64,000 nucleotides of DNA from Bacteroidia bacterium (GTDB lineage Bacteria > Bacteroidota > Bacteroidia > NS11-12g > UBA9320): contig JAQWNJ010000014.1 in NCBI GenBank assembly GCA_029268695.1, positions 751 through 64,750 of the forward strand, given 5' to 3'. Each line of letters begins with the position of its first letter. Within the stretch, counting starts at the first letter, position 1. The position numbers and the translations under genes were made by a program. Below the pieces are notes generated by a model, which did not search any database, was not told the DNA's origin, and was given only the letters and a program-made list of their open reading frames with translations. Of this stretch, positions 33,484 through 44,520 are shown in pieces.

Positions 33484-35706
33484 TTATCGCATTAGATAGA
33501 CTTCTCCCTTTGATACATATGGTGCCTCAGTGCCGTTTTCAGGTTTTTGATAACGAATTATAAAAAAATAATACCCCTCATGGACCAATTCTCCTTGAAA
33601 ATTACCGTCCCAGCTAAATTTGTCATCGGAGCTTTTAAAGACTAATTCACCCCAACGATTGTAAATCTGCATTGACTTCAATGTTACATTACCTGTAGGT
33701 TGAAAAATATCGTTTAAACCATCATCATTAGGTGAGAATGCGTTAGGAATAAATATCTCACATGCATACGGCAAAAAAGTCAAATTGATATCATCCGTAA
33801 AAATGCCGCATTGATTGGAAACTGTTACAGAATAATACCCACTTGATGTGATCTCTCTATCTCCTCCTACATGCCCATCATTCCAGGAATAAGTCGCATT
33901 CTGAGATGTTAATTTTATATTTTTTACACCATCACCACAAAGCAAAGAATCATTACCAAGATCAAAGTTTGGTGCTGACAGCATACTTATTGTTACCGAA
34001 TCCCTAAAACTACAACCATTTTCTGTTTTTTCTGCCCAAAAAACACCTGGACTTTTAATGATAATTGAAGAATCAATATCTCCAGTACTCCACAAAATGG
34101 ATGTATTTTTTTTATCTATTTTTTTAATAATGCTATCCCCCTCACAAATGGTAGTATCATTACCTAGCTCATAACTTGGCAATTCAATAACTGAAGTAGA
34201 TTGAGTAAATGTATCTTTACATCCATTCGCATCTACTGCATATGATATTTGATGGTCTCCGACTATATCCGGGCTAAATACCCCATTGTTTATTATCAAT
34301 GTACTAATCCAATTTCCGCCAGATATTTTAGGATTTAGAATAACATCATTGTCTCCTATACAATAAAAGGGATCAAGGCCATCAAAAGAATTATCCGGTT
34401 GAGCAACTACGTTTACACTATCTTTATACATATCATAACAACCGTTAACGTCTGTCACCTCTAAAGTTATCTCATAATTGCCTGTAAATGCATAAGTATG
34501 AGATGTTATTGCCTTGGTAGACGTGTTTCCATCACCAAATCCCCATTGATGTGTAGCAGACGCATCTTGGGTATTGTGTTCAAAATTAAAAAGATTGTTA
34601 TTAATACACATTACTGAATCTAAAACTAAACGTGAGGAATCAATTGGTCTTTTTCTGACCTCAACTGTTAAATCAAATGAATCTGTACACAATTCATCTC
34701 GTGGAGTGAATGAATTAGATATAATTAATTTTACGTTATAAATCCCTGGTTTTTGATAAGAAACATCCCCATTTATGATTTGATTATCAGCAGTCCCGTC
34801 TCCATATAGCCATTTAAAAACAGTGTTTGAATAAGGTGTGCTAAGGTATCTGAATGTTGAATTATCCTTGAAATAAAAGTGATTTAAATTTCCCCCAGGT
34901 TGGTAGTAACATTGTACTAGGTTATTATCAGGGTATGCAGGATCAATACCAAAATTGACAATTGGCTCAGGTGCAATCGTGTCATATTTTATAGCTTCTG
35001 CAATGCAGCCAGGACTCGTGACTTTCAGTTTTACTGGGAATATTCCATAGGTTGAATACGATTTGGATGGAGTTATCTGATTAGAATTAGTGAAATCCCC
35101 AAAATCCCATCGATATATTAATGACTGGGGCTTAGACTGAGTCACGCTTGGGGTGAAATCGGTATTATTACCAGTTTCACATTGATAATTGTCACTCATT
35201 GTGAAATCCACTGAAAGTGTTTCTGTCTTAACATTATCTTCTGGGTAATTGGTGTTTAAATAATCAAATACTAATCCTGATCCATTATACTCAAAAATAG
35301 AGAAGAAATATGTCTCATTGGGCTCTAGTTTTTTGACGTTAACTGATGAGCCAATGCCATTGTATACAATAAACTCGTTACCACTAATTGAACTCCCATT
35401 ACCAAAGCTATCTGCAGCTAAATAATAGGTGTTTTTAACAGGATAAGACGAAATAGCAACATTTTTAGAAGCCACAACTATTCGTGAGGAACCATTTCCA
35501 TTGGTCCATGAAATTGTAGTTCCACTGCATGAGGTCTGATTAATGATAATATTAGAAGCAGCAATCGAAGGTCCCTGTGCTAAAGAAACCAACACCGAAA
35601 AAATAGCTATTACAATACCACAGAATCTCAACATTAGTTGTACAAATTTAGTGATTAAAAGAAATTGTAATAAAATATATCTCCGATTGAAGTCATATTC
35701 TAGCAA
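33484..35706 (-). CDS. T9SS type-B (gliding-motility-associated) C-terminal-domain cargo protein with PKD/Ig-like repeats
   Basis: The 740-aa ORF has repeated WDFGDG/WGFGDG PKD-like motifs. Its C-terminus (IPNAFSPNDDGLNDIF...YNRWGELVF...GYYFFIIRY) matches the T9SS type-B sorting domain. Confidence 0.8.
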   Translation of the reverse strand: MLEYDFNRRYILLQFLLITKFVQLMLRFCGIVIAIFSVLVSLAQGPSIAASNIIINQTSCSGTTISWTNGNGSSRIVVASKNVAISSYPVKNTYYLAADSFGNGSSISGNEFIVYNGIGSSVNVKKLEPNETYFFSIFEYNGSGLVFDYLNTNYPEDNVKTETLSVDFTMSDNYQCETGNNTDFTPSVTQSKPQSLIYRWDFGDFTNSNQITPSKSYSTYGIFPVKLKVTSPGCIAEAIKYDTIAPEPIVNFGIDPAYPDNNLVQCYYQPGGNLNHFYFKDNSTFRYLSTPYSNTVFKWLYGDGTADNQIINGDVSYQKPGIYNVKLIISNSFTPRDELCTDSFDLTVEVRKRPIDSSRLVLDSVMCINNNLFNFEHNTQDASATHQWGFGDGNTSTKAITSHTYAFTGNYEITLEVTDVNGCYDMYKDSVNVVAQPDNSFDGLDPFYCIGDNDVILNPKISGGNWISTLIINNGVFSPDIVGDHQISYAVDANGCKDTFTQSTSVIELPSYELGNDTTICEGDSIIKKIDKKNTSILWSTGDIDSSIIIKSPGVFWAEKTENGCSFRDSVTISMLSAPNFDLGNDSLLCGDGVKNIKLTSQNATYSWNDGHVGGDREITSSGYYSVTVSNQCGIFTDDINLTFLPYACEIFIPNAFSPNDDGLNDIFQPTGNVTLKSMQIYNRWGELVFKSSDDKFSWDGNFQGELVHEGYYFFIIRYQKPENGTEAPYVSKGEVYLMR

Positions 35707-36550
35707 CTATTCCCAAAGGCAAAATTTGATTCGTTTTTGAATTTAAACACAGCTCTGATATCTCAAAATCTCTGTCTCTAAAATAATCATTCATTAAATT
35801 TTGAATAATATAGGGTGATAATCCAAGCGAGTAAACATTTAATACTAAAAAACCTTTGGAAGACAAAATTTGAGCAACCTGTTCAAGTAGTTTTCCTAGT
35901 TTTTGTTCGAGCTTCCAACGTTCTCCTTTAGCTCCAATCCCATATGCTGGAGGGTCTAAAATGATTCCTTGATACATTTTGCCACGCTTTACCTCTCGAC
36001 TAACAAACTTTAATGCATCTTCAACAACCCATCGAATTCCCTTTAGCTTGCTATGAGCTTGATTTTCGTTTGCCCAACTAACTACTTGCTTAATGGAATC
36101 CACATGAACAACATCCATATTTGCTGCTTTAGCAGCAAGTGAAGCTCCTCCTGTATATGCAAATAAATTAAGGACACTCCCTTTACCATTAAATGCTAAA
36201 GATTTTTTATAAATATAATCCCAGTTAGCAGCTTGTTCTGGAAATATCCCCACATGCTTAAACTGGGTGAAATTTAGCTTCATTTTAATTCGATGACCTG
36301 GCAGTCGATAATGAATATACCAAGGCCTAATCTTACTTACGTGTTCCCAAACTCCTTTATGACTCCCTTCTTGTGCAAAAGAAGCAGTTTGTAAATCGTT
36401 CCATTCATCAGCTGACATTCGCTGATCCCAAATAGCTTGAGGCTCAGGTCTTACAAGAATCTGACCAGCAAACTTCTCTAATTTCATCCCGTTACCTGAA
36501 TCTATTAATTCATACTCCGCCCAATTATCTGGGGTAATCGCCTTTATCAT
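35693..36550 (-). CDS. Class I SAM-dependent methyltransferase (RlmI/RlmK-like catalytic domain, no PUA domain)
   Basis: It has a LNLFAYTGGASL motif I and an ILDPPAYG motif IV (the DPPxY of N/C-methyltransferases). The 285-aa ORF overlaps the upstream exonuclease gene by 4 nt. Confidence 0.7.
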   Translation of the reverse strand: MIKAITPDNWAEYELIDSGNGMKLEKFAGQILVRPEPQAIWDQRMSADEWNDLQTASFAQEGSHKGVWEHVSKIRPWYIHYRLPGHRIKMKLNFTQFKHVGIFPEQAANWDYIYKKSLAFNGKGSVLNLFAYTGGASLAAKAANMDVVHVDSIKQVVSWANENQAHSKLKGIRWVVEDALKFVSREVKRGKMYQGIILDPPAYGIGAKGERWKLEQKLGKLLEQVAQILSSKGFLVLNVYSLGLSPYIIQNLMNDYFRDRDFEISELCLNSKTNQILPLGIVARI

Positions 36551-37245
36551 ACTACTTTTATCTCATCTGGTTTTAAGGGAGGTTGATTGACTATGTGCAA
36601 ATATATACTTGCTAAAGCTGCAACATCATTTTGGCAATAAGTTCTAATACGTTCCATATTTCTATCCTGATAATAAACATCGAATATTTTGCTTCCATCA
36701 ATATCATCTTTAGAAGATGGAATATCAAATACAGCAGCTAAAAGATCTAGTGAAGTATAGTTCTTAAAGTCTCCAAACTTCCATAGATTCATCGTATCCA
36801 AGTGCTTAACATCCCATGGTTTCTTACCCGCCAAATCCAACATGTCTGGCATTTTTATCCCGTTAATGAGAATCCTTCTACTCAAATATGGAAAATCAAA
36901 TTCTTTACCATTGTGAGCACACAAAAAATGTAATTTTGGATTATAACTTTTCTGAAGTAATTCACAAAATTCTTCTAATATGCTAAATTCATTTTCCCCA
37001 TAAAAACTCTTCACACGAAATTCACGACCATTTCCGTCATCATGAATAAACCCTACTGAAATGCAAATAATTTTTCCAAACTCTGCATAAATTCCTGCTC
37101 TTGAATAAATTTCTTCCGGAGTTTCCTCATTTTTAGCGATCTGATTGGCCTTTAGATCCCACAATTTTTTCCATCTACCATCTAGTGAGTGATAACTCTC
37201 ACATTGTGGTACCGTTTCTATGTCTAAAAATAAGATGTTTTTCAT
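36547..37245 (-). CDS. RNase-H-fold 3'-5' exonuclease (PolB-exonuclease-like, PF10108-type)
   Basis: The 232-aa ORF has an N-terminal FLDIETVP DEDD-like motif, internal H..GKEFDFPYL and a C-terminal YCQNDV motif. Confidence 0.65.
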   Translation of the reverse strand: MKNILFLDIETVPQCESYHSLDGRWKKLWDLKANQIAKNEETPEEIYSRAGIYAEFGKIICISVGFIHDDGNGREFRVKSFYGENEFSILEEFCELLQKSYNPKLHFLCAHNGKEFDFPYLSRRILINGIKMPDMLDLAGKKPWDVKHLDTMNLWKFGDFKNYTSLDLLAAVFDIPSSKDDIDGSKIFDVYYQDRNMERIRTYCQNDVAALASIYLHIVNQPPLKPDEIKVV

Positions 37246-37341
37246 ATGGGTCTAATTATTTACTGATGACAAAAATAGTTTTTGTTAAATGACTCCCATT
37301 AAATATGTCTTTCTAAGTTATATTATTTATAAATTTGTTGA

Positions 37342-38058
37342 ATGAATTCTCTATCCTATCCTGTTATTTTAATAGCACTAATCTTATCTTATAATTATTC
37401 GTATGGTCAATTCAATGAAAATTTCTCTGATAATGAATTACTGATAAACCCTAAGTGGGTTGGCGACATTAATAAATTTAATATCGTAGATGGCAAACTT
37501 CACTCCAATAGTAGCGTAACTTATGATGAATTCTATATCAGTACCAAAAGTAAGCGGGTTCTAGAGACTGAGTGGCAAATTTCTATGGATCTTGATTTCA
37601 AAACCTCCTCTGCGAATTACATTGATATTTTTCTGGCATCAGACAGTTCAAATCCATCGAAAGCTAGCCAAGCCTATTTTGTTCGAATAGGCGACACAAA
37701 AGACGACGTTTCTTTGTACCGTATTTTTGATGGATTAACAACTCAACTCACCAATGGCTCTGACAATAAAACAGAGAAGAAAAAAATAGATTTACACGTA
37801 ATTCATCAAGCCAACGGAAAATGGACCATTAAAGTTGACTATAATAATGGTTATATTTACAACCTTGCTGGCATTCAAGTGCATCACCCTTTCAATAATG
37901 TTTTACTAAGCAGTAATGGAAATTTGAAATGGGATGGTCTGGATTCGAATGGCATTAAGCTCTCAATTGGAAATTACATATTACTTATTGAGGCGTTTAA
38001 TAAAACTGGAAAAATCATCAAGAGAAAAATTGCATTTGGGATTACAGAGATATTTTAA
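37342..38058 (+). CDS. Hypothetical secreted protein (238 aa)
   Basis: Signal peptide followed by a beta-rich sequence. I recognise no domain. Confidence 0.5.
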   Translation: MNSLSYPVILIALILSYNYSYGQFNENFSDNELLINPKWVGDINKFNIVDGKLHSNSSVTYDEFYISTKSKRVLETEWQISMDLDFKTSSANYIDIFLASDSSNPSKASQAYFVRIGDTKDDVSLYRIFDGLTTQLTNGSDNKTEKKKIDLHVIHQANGKWTIKVDYNNGYIYNLAGIQVHHPFNNVLLSSNGNLKWDGLDSNGIKLSIGNYILLIEAFNKTGKIIKRKIAFGITEIF

Positions 38059-38065
38059 ACAAAAC

Positions 38066-38872
38066 ATGCTCACAACAGAATCAACATCAAACCATAATAA
38101 TTTAGAGGATAAATCAACTCTTGATTTATTAAAAGCAATGAATATAGAAGACCAATCGGTTCCTCACTCCGTAAACAATGAAATTCATGCCATACAAAAC
38201 TTAGTAGATGCTGCATATCAAACAATGAGTCAGGGAGGTCGATTATTTTATATAGGTAGTGGCACAAGTGGAAGATTGGGGATTGTAGATGCAAGTGAGT
38301 GTCCACCGACCTATGGTGTTGATCCCGGAGTTGTTAATGGTATCATTGCTGGAGGAGATCAAGCGATACGAAATGCCGTTGAAAATGCTGAAGATGACCC
38401 TTTGCAAGGCTGGTATGATTTAGAAAAACATAATGCCAATAAACTTGACTTTGTGATCGGAATTAGTGCAAGTGGAACTGCACCTTATGTTCAAGGAGCA
38501 TTGGAAAAGTGCAAAGAAAATAATATATCAACTGGTGCTATAGCATGCAATAAACCCAGTAAAATTGGCTCAATGGTTGACTACCCCATAGAAGTAGTTG
38601 TAGGGCCCGAGTTAGTAACTGGAAGTACTCGAATGAAAAGTGGTACTGCTCAAAAACTTATTCTCAATATGATTAGTACTAGTCTTATGATTAAACTTGG
38701 TCATGTTGAAGGAAATCAAATGATTGATATGCAACTGAGCAACAAGAAATTAGTTGCCAGAGGTACGCGAATGATAATGAAACAAACAGGACTAGACGAG
38801 TATACAGCCAACGACCTTCTCATGAAACATGGAAGTGTGAGGAAGGCCGTTGAACATGTTGCAAACTGGTAA
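38066..38872 (+). CDS. murQ: N-acetylmuramic acid 6-phosphate etherase
   Basis: It has a SIS domain with GRLFYIGSGTSGRLG and the etherase C-terminal region. The in-frame ATG at 38066 gives a family-typical 268 aa, whereas the track ORF from 37934 overlaps the preceding gene. Confidence 0.85.
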   Translation: MLTTESTSNHNNLEDKSTLDLLKAMNIEDQSVPHSVNNEIHAIQNLVDAAYQTMSQGGRLFYIGSGTSGRLGIVDASECPPTYGVDPGVVNGIIAGGDQAIRNAVENAEDDPLQGWYDLEKHNANKLDFVIGISASGTAPYVQGALEKCKENNISTGAIACNKPSKIGSMVDYPIEVVVGPELVTGSTRMKSGTAQKLILNMISTSLMIKLGHVEGNQMIDMQLSNKKLVARGTRMIMKQTGLDEYTANDLLMKHGSVRKAVEHVANW

Positions 38873-38890
38873 TCCAAAAAACTCAGGATT

Positions 38891-38914
38891 GAAATACTAT
38901 AATTTTAGTATTTC
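38891..38914. terminator. Candidate bidirectional intrinsic terminator hairpin (GAAATACTA-taattt-TAGTATTTC)
   Basis: A perfect 9-bp inverted repeat with a 6-nt loop lies 19 nt after the murQ stop and overlaps the stop of the convergent DUF4139 gene. It is flanked by T/A runs. Confidence 0.5.
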
Positions 38915-40582
38915 ATCCTTAGGAAACTTCACTGAAAAACCATACTCCAATTTCCTTTTATCAAGACCTTTAAGATTAATATTCCACGACAAAACACCTG
39001 TTTCTTCATTCAATTTACCACTCCCATTTGTTGATGTTATTTCAATTTTCTCATTTTTACTCACTGGTATATGGTCCTCTATGGTGAGATTCACATCACC
39101 CTTATTTTTATTCTTAATCGTGATTACATAATTGGCCGAATACACCTTACTATTCTTGATCAATTTCTTTTTGGTTTGACTATCCGTCTTTTTTCGTTCG
39201 ACATAAACACTTCGATCTCTGCCCATAGAAACATCAAGTGTATCATCCAAGACTGATGGATTCACAACTGTTCTACCAATAAAGGTATTTCCATAATATA
39301 TATTGGCCTGACCTGTAAGTAAATCTAGTGATTCCCAATCTGTCAATCGAGCAACTACAAATGCATCTTTTTCAAGTTTTGGGACCAAATACAATTGAAA
39401 TTCAGTGCTCACTTTTTCACGTTTAAGATCCATGTAGTGAGGTTTCCCCCCTGAGGATACATTCATTGGTAAAGCAATATCAAACGCTATTGAACTAAAA
39501 TTCTGAACCTTATTGGTATATTCATAAAGCATTGATGCCTCTTCTTCTATCTCCATATCATCCTCCGGAATACTTTCCATACCAGCAGATTTTTCAGACA
39601 CCGTATTCCGCTCTAAATACAACCCTTTTTTTGCTTTATCCTTGCGAATAAAACGCTGAAAGTTCACAAACCAAATCGGTAGTTTTGGTTTTGTATTCCC
39701 TTGATTAGGATTGGCATTTGACACTTTGATTTTAACTTGATTCCAATCTATCCCTGTATTTTGATACACTTGAGCCTTATATACTAGTGTAATGTCTGAT
39801 TGATGATCTTTTGCAATTAAATCATAATGTGGATTCCATCCTGCATTCCCCGATAAATAATTTAACTTTATAGTCCCATTAGTTGAAGCAGGGCTCGATA
39901 CACTTATAATCACCTGATGACGATAAGTTGGTGTAGGTTTAATGTTCTGATTTTGAATTAACGCTTGTAATTTTTTTAATTCTTCTTTTAATGATTTATG
40001 ATGATCAACCATTTTCATAGATTGAAGCGATAAGAAATATCTTAAATGAGCGAGTTCTCTCAATTCTTCCCTCAAAAATGATACGGTTCCTTTCAAAAGT
40101 TCTAATGAATCAGAATTGGATGTCCCCTTAACCAAAGGATTACCCATTATTAAATTCTTTTCTTGATCGATTGCCTGCATCAATTCTGAATTTTTATTCA
40201 TCCTTAACCTGCTGTTTTTTATGGAATCATGTAATGCCTTTACTCGATCTAAAAGTTTGGGTGAAGGTGTATTCTTTTCATGAATTGGATTCTCCATAAA
40301 ATAACGATACTGTGTATTTAGAATTGTAAATTTACCCCCTCCTGAAGCTTGAATACTTGCTTTATTGATGTAAGGTGATACATCATTAAAAATAAAGTGG
40401 GATGTCCCCTTTGGTATGTGCACATAAGCTTCCTGAAACAATTGGGCATTTTGCATAAAAACAGTCACATTTTTTAACTTATCCTTGACTATAAATTCAC
40501 GTTCATTGGCTTTCAAAAAAGGCAATCCTAAAACACTCAAAGCTAATACTAAAATTATTTTTTTCATACTGCTTAATCCCAT
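38897..40582 (-). CDS. DUF4139/DUF4140-family secreted protein (mucoidy-inhibitor MuiA-like)
   Basis: The 561-aa ORF has a signal peptide. My recollection of the family fold and length pattern is not strong. Confidence 0.5.
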   Translation of the reverse strand: MGLSSMKKIILVLALSVLGLPFLKANEREFIVKDKLKNVTVFMQNAQLFQEAYVHIPKGTSHFIFNDVSPYINKASIQASGGGKFTILNTQYRYFMENPIHEKNTPSPKLLDRVKALHDSIKNSRLRMNKNSELMQAIDQEKNLIMGNPLVKGTSNSDSLELLKGTVSFLREELRELAHLRYFLSLQSMKMVDHHKSLKEELKKLQALIQNQNIKPTPTYRHQVIISVSSPASTNGTIKLNYLSGNAGWNPHYDLIAKDHQSDITLVYKAQVYQNTGIDWNQVKIKVSNANPNQGNTKPKLPIWFVNFQRFIRKDKAKKGLYLERNTVSEKSAGMESIPEDDMEIEEEASMLYEYTNKVQNFSSIAFDIALPMNVSSGGKPHYMDLKREKVSTEFQLYLVPKLEKDAFVVARLTDWESLDLLTGQANIYYGNTFIGRTVVNPSVLDDTLDVSMGRDRSVYVERKKTDSQTKKKLIKNSKVYSANYVITIKNKNKGDVNLTIEDHIPVSKNEKIEITSTNGSGKLNEETGVLSWNINLKGLDKRKLEYGFSVKFPKDEILKL

Positions 40583-40642
40583 AATTAATAAATAGGTAAA
40601 TGATAAACTACAAACACATCATGACTTCATTATTTTTGCAGC

Positions 40643-40975
40643 GTGGAAGATTTGATAACCATACACGTGACCGACCTTTCAGGAAAACAACATCAGATTG
40701 CTGCCCCTACAGATATGAATCTAAATGTAATGGAGGCTATTCGTGCTAATGAGATTCCCATAAAAGCCACTTGCGGAGGTATGGCTATGTGTGCAACATG
40801 TAATTGCTTAGTAAAGAGCAATCACCCACTTCCAGAAATGAGTGAGGATGAGGAGGCCATGCTTGATGAGGCATTTGTTCTTGATATTGAAGGGAGTAGG
40901 TTAATGTGCCAAATCCCCGTATCTGATAAAATTGATGGCTTACAAATTCAGTTGGGAGAACTGACCGCAGAATAA
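40643..40975 (+). CDS. 2Fe-2S ferredoxin (adrenodoxin type)
   Basis: The 110-aa ORF has the Cys pattern CGGMAMCATC...C characteristic of vertebrate-type [2Fe-2S] ferredoxins. Confidence 0.8.
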   Translation: MEDLITIHVTDLSGKQHQIAAPTDMNLNVMEAIRANEIPIKATCGGMAMCATCNCLVKSNHPLPEMSEDEEAMLDEAFVLDIEGSRLMCQIPVSDKIDGLQIQLGELTAE

Positions 40976-41089
40976 TAATATTTGACTTAAGAAGACTCAA
41001 TTAATCTCATTTAAAAATTAGTCCCCATTAAAAAACTAACTTATCCAAAAGATGGTATGAAATCTTTAGACACAAATTGACTTGAATTA

Positions 41090-41120
41090 TTTGAATTTAT
41101 AGAGCAAAAAGTTACATTTG
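41090..41120 (+). promoter_or_regulatory. Candidate Bacteroidota sigma-A promoter for the rplM operon: TTTG (-33), 19 nt, TACATTTG (-7)
   Basis: Both consensus elements are read from the sequence with canonical spacing, about 32 nt upstream of the rplM start. Confidence 0.45.
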
Positions 41121-41152
41121 CAGCCCTATTTTAAGAATAAAATAATTTTATT

Positions 41153-41596
41153 GTGGATACATTATCATACAAAACCATATCAGCTAACAGCAAAACTGTT
41201 GATAAACAGTGGGTTGTCGTTGATGCAGAAGGAAAAACGCTAGGTCGTTTTTGTTCTGAAGTTGCTAAAATATTAAGAGGCAAAAACAAGACAAATTACA
41301 CCCCACATGTTGACTGTGGTGATCATGTTATTGTTATCAATGCTGAAAAAATCATTTTTACGGGCAACAAAATGGAAACTAAAGAATATGAAACATTCAG
41401 TGGTTACCCAGGTGGTAGAAGAGTAACATTAGCAAAAGATTTATTAGCAAAAAAACCAATCAGTCTCATAGAACGAGGAGTGAAAGGGATGTTGCCTAAA
41501 AATAGGTTAGGTAGAAAATTATTTACCAATATGCATGTATTTTCAGGGACTGAACATCCTCATGCTGCACAAAAACCAACCAAAGTAGAGATTTAA
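41153..41596 (+). CDS. rplM: 50S ribosomal protein L13
   Basis: The 147-aa ORF begins MDTLSYKTISANSKTVDKQWVVVDAEGKTLGR and uses a GTG start. Confidence 0.93.
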   Translation: MDTLSYKTISANSKTVDKQWVVVDAEGKTLGRFCSEVAKILRGKNKTNYTPHVDCGDHVIVINAEKIIFTGNKMETKEYETFSGYPGGRRVTLAKDLLAKKPISLIERGVKGMLPKNRLGRKLFTNMHVFSGTEHPHAAQKPTKVEI

Positions 41597-41603
41597 TTAT
41601 TAT

Positions 41604-41990
41604 ATGGACGTTATAAATACAATTGGGAGAAGAAAATCATCAGTAGCTCGTGTATACATGAGTGAAGGTAAAGGTGCTATAACGGTTAATGAACGACCGT
41701 TAGAAGAGTACTTTGCTTCTCAAGAATCCGTATATTATGTAAACCTTCCGCTCACCACTTGTGATGCTGCTGGCAAATATGATATACAAGTTAATGTAGA
41801 TGGTGGTGGAACCACTGGACAAGCAGATGCTATAAAACTTGCCATTGCAAGAGCATTAGTAGAAGCAGATCCAGAGCACAAACCAGCCCTTAGAGCAAAA
41901 GGGTTAATGACACGCGACTCACGTTCTGTTGAGCGTAAAAAAGCTGGTCAACCAAAAGCAAGAAAGAAAACACAATTTAGTAAGCGTTAA
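41604..41990 (+). CDS. rpsI: 30S ribosomal protein S9
   Basis: The 128-aa ORF begins ...[13 protein letters not shown]... and has the basic C-terminal tail ...RKKTQFSKR. Confidence 0.93.
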   Translation: MDVINTIGRRKSSVARVYMSEGKGAITVNERPLEEYFASQESVYYVNLPLTTCDAAGKYDIQVNVDGGGTTGQADAIKLAIARALVEADPEHKPALRAKGLMTRDSRSVERKKAGQPKARKKTQFSKR

Positions 41991-41994
41991 TAGA

Positions 41995-42753
41995 ATGGCA
42001 GTTAGTACAGAAAAATTATTAGAAGCAGGTGTACATTTCGGACACCTCACAAGTAAGTGGAATCCTAAAATGGCCCCATACATTTTCATGGAGCAAAACG
42101 GAATTCATATTATAGATCTTAACAAAACTTCATCTAAACTTGATGAAGCTAAGCATGCTATTCAAAATATAGCTCGAACTGGCCGTAAAGTGATGTTTGT
42201 TGCAACCAAAAAACAAGCCAAAGAAATTTTAGAGGAAAATGCACGTAGAGTAAATATGCCTTTTGTTTCTCAAAGATGGTTAGGAGGGATGCTCACAAAC
42301 TTCGCAACTGTTCGAAAATCCATTAAAAAAATGCAAGCCATTGAAAAAATGAAAACCGATGGAACATTTGATAACATGAACAAAAAAGAGCGTTTAATGA
42401 AAACACGTGAGCAAGAAAAATTAGCTCGTGTACTTGGAGGTATCGAAAATTTAAATCGTATCCCATCAGCTCTTTTTGTTATTGACATCAAGCGTGAGCA
42501 TATTGCAATCAAAGAAGCTCAGAAATTGAATATTCCAATCTTTGCGATTGTTGATACCAACTCTGATCCAACTAAGGTTGATTTCCCTATTCCAGGTAAT
42601 GATGATTCGGCAAAATCACTACACATTCTTTGTAATGAAGTAACGGATGCTATTGCTGCTGGTCTTCAGGAAAGAGCTCAAGCCAAAGAACAAGCTAAAA
42701 AGGATGAAGCAGTTGCTGAAAAAGCAACAGAAGAAACTCCTGAAAAAGCATAG
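41995..42753 (+). CDS. rpsB: 30S ribosomal protein S2
   Basis: The ATG at 41995 gives [17 protein letters not shown], the canonical S2 N-terminus. The track ORF starts further upstream inside rpsI. Confidence 0.92.
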   Translation: MAVSTEKLLEAGVHFGHLTSKWNPKMAPYIFMEQNGIHIIDLNKTSSKLDEAKHAIQNIARTGRKVMFVATKKQAKEILEENARRVNMPFVSQRWLGGMLTNFATVRKSIKKMQAIEKMKTDGTFDNMNKKERLMKTREQEKLARVLGGIENLNRIPSALFVIDIKREHIAIKEAQKLNIPIFAIVDTNSDPTKVDFPIPGNDDSAKSLHILCNEVTDAIAAGLQERAQAKEQAKKDEAVAEKATEETPEKA

Positions 42754-42793
42754 AATTATTTTTTAATTTAAACCCATTTTTATTTTATAGATA

Positions 42794-43627
42794 ATGACAA
42801 CCATTACAGCGTCTGCGGTAAATAAACTCAGACAAATGACCGGTGCCGGTATGATGGATTGCAAAAAAGCTTTGCAAGAATCAAACGGAGATATGGATGG
42901 AGCCGTTGACATCCTAAGAAAAAAAGGAGCAGCTAAAGCTGCAAAAAGAGCGGACAGAGAAGCTGCAGAAGGTCTTTCGATTGCTAAATCCTCTGATGAC
43001 AATACCTACGGAATTGTTGTTGAAGTAAATTGTGAAACTGACTTCGTTGCTAAAAATGACGACTTCGTTGCATTTGCTAACCAAGTTGCAGACTTTGCGT
43101 TGACTAACCAATTTTCTGATAAGGACGCTCTTTTAGGTGCTGCCTTTGAAGGGAAAACCCTTGGTGAAATATGCGTTGATAAAACTGCTGTCATTGGCGA
43201 AAAAGTAGAAGTGTCAAACTATGCTCTATTATCCTCAGAAGGTGTAGTTGCATACAACCACGGTGCAAATCGCATTGGTGTACTTGTAGCTCTAAACTCT
43301 GCTTCCGATGATGCATTACAAGCAGGTAGAGACCTTGCTATGCAAATTGCAGCAATGAATCCAATTGCTGTTGATGAGAACGCTGTTTCTCAAGAAGTTA
43401 AAGACAAAGAGCTAGAAATTGGTAGAGACATTGCCAAGCAAGAAGGTAAACCTGAAGAAATGTTAGATCGAATTGCTCAAGGTAAATTAAAACGTTTTTT
43501 CAAAGACAACACGTTGATGAATCAATCTTATGTCAAAGATGGTTCGATGACTGTGTCTGCCTTCCTTAAGTCTGTGAGTCCAGATTTAGAAGTAAAGTCA
43601 TTTGAGCGTTTTCAATTAGGAGCGTAA
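42794..43627 (+). CDS. tsf: Translation elongation factor Ts
   Basis: The 277-aa ORF begins ...ITASAVNKLRQMTGAGMMDCKKAL... and has a UBA-like N-terminus plus the EF-Ts core. Confidence 0.93.
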   Translation: MTTITASAVNKLRQMTGAGMMDCKKALQESNGDMDGAVDILRKKGAAKAAKRADREAAEGLSIAKSSDDNTYGIVVEVNCETDFVAKNDDFVAFANQVADFALTNQFSDKDALLGAAFEGKTLGEICVDKTAVIGEKVEVSNYALLSSEGVVAYNHGANRIGVLVALNSASDDALQAGRDLAMQIAAMNPIAVDENAVSQEVKDKELEIGRDIAKQEGKPEEMLDRIAQGKLKRFFKDNTLMNQSYVKDGSMTVSAFLKSVSPDLEVKSFERFQLGA

Positions 43628-43648
43628 CTCAACCAAGACAACATACTA

Positions 43649-43685
43649 AAAGCCCTCCATTTTTGATGGAGGGCTTTTTTTATTT
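43649..43685 (+). terminator. Rho-independent terminator after tsf (AAAGCCCTCCAT-ttttg-ATGGAGGGCTTT followed by a T-run)
   Basis: A 12-bp GC-rich stem with a 5-nt loop and a T8 tract lies 22 nt after the tsf stop. Confidence 0.8.
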
Positions 43686-43709
43686 CCAATTTGTCATTAA
43701 TACGCTTAA

Positions 43710-44438
<729 letters not shown>

Positions 44439-44492
44439 TTGAAAACGCTTTAATTTTTTAAATTTATATTGATTAAATTTGACTTAAGTATT

Positions 44493-44517
44493 TCAAAATA
44501 CAAAGGAAGTATTTTGA
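44493..44517. terminator. Candidate bidirectional terminator hairpin between pyrH and dcd (TCAAAATAC-aaaggaa-GTATTTTGA)
   Basis: A perfect 9-bp inverted repeat with a 7-nt loop in the 82-bp convergent intergenic region. It is AU-rich, so a weak stem. Confidence 0.45.
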
Positions 44518-44520
44518 GAT

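Noticed and set aside
40976-41152. Ribosomal-protein leader or autoregulatory RNA structure upstream of rplM
   Set aside because: The region is AU-rich with no convincing conserved stem-loops. It is adequately explained by a canonical TTTG/TAnnTTTG promoter.
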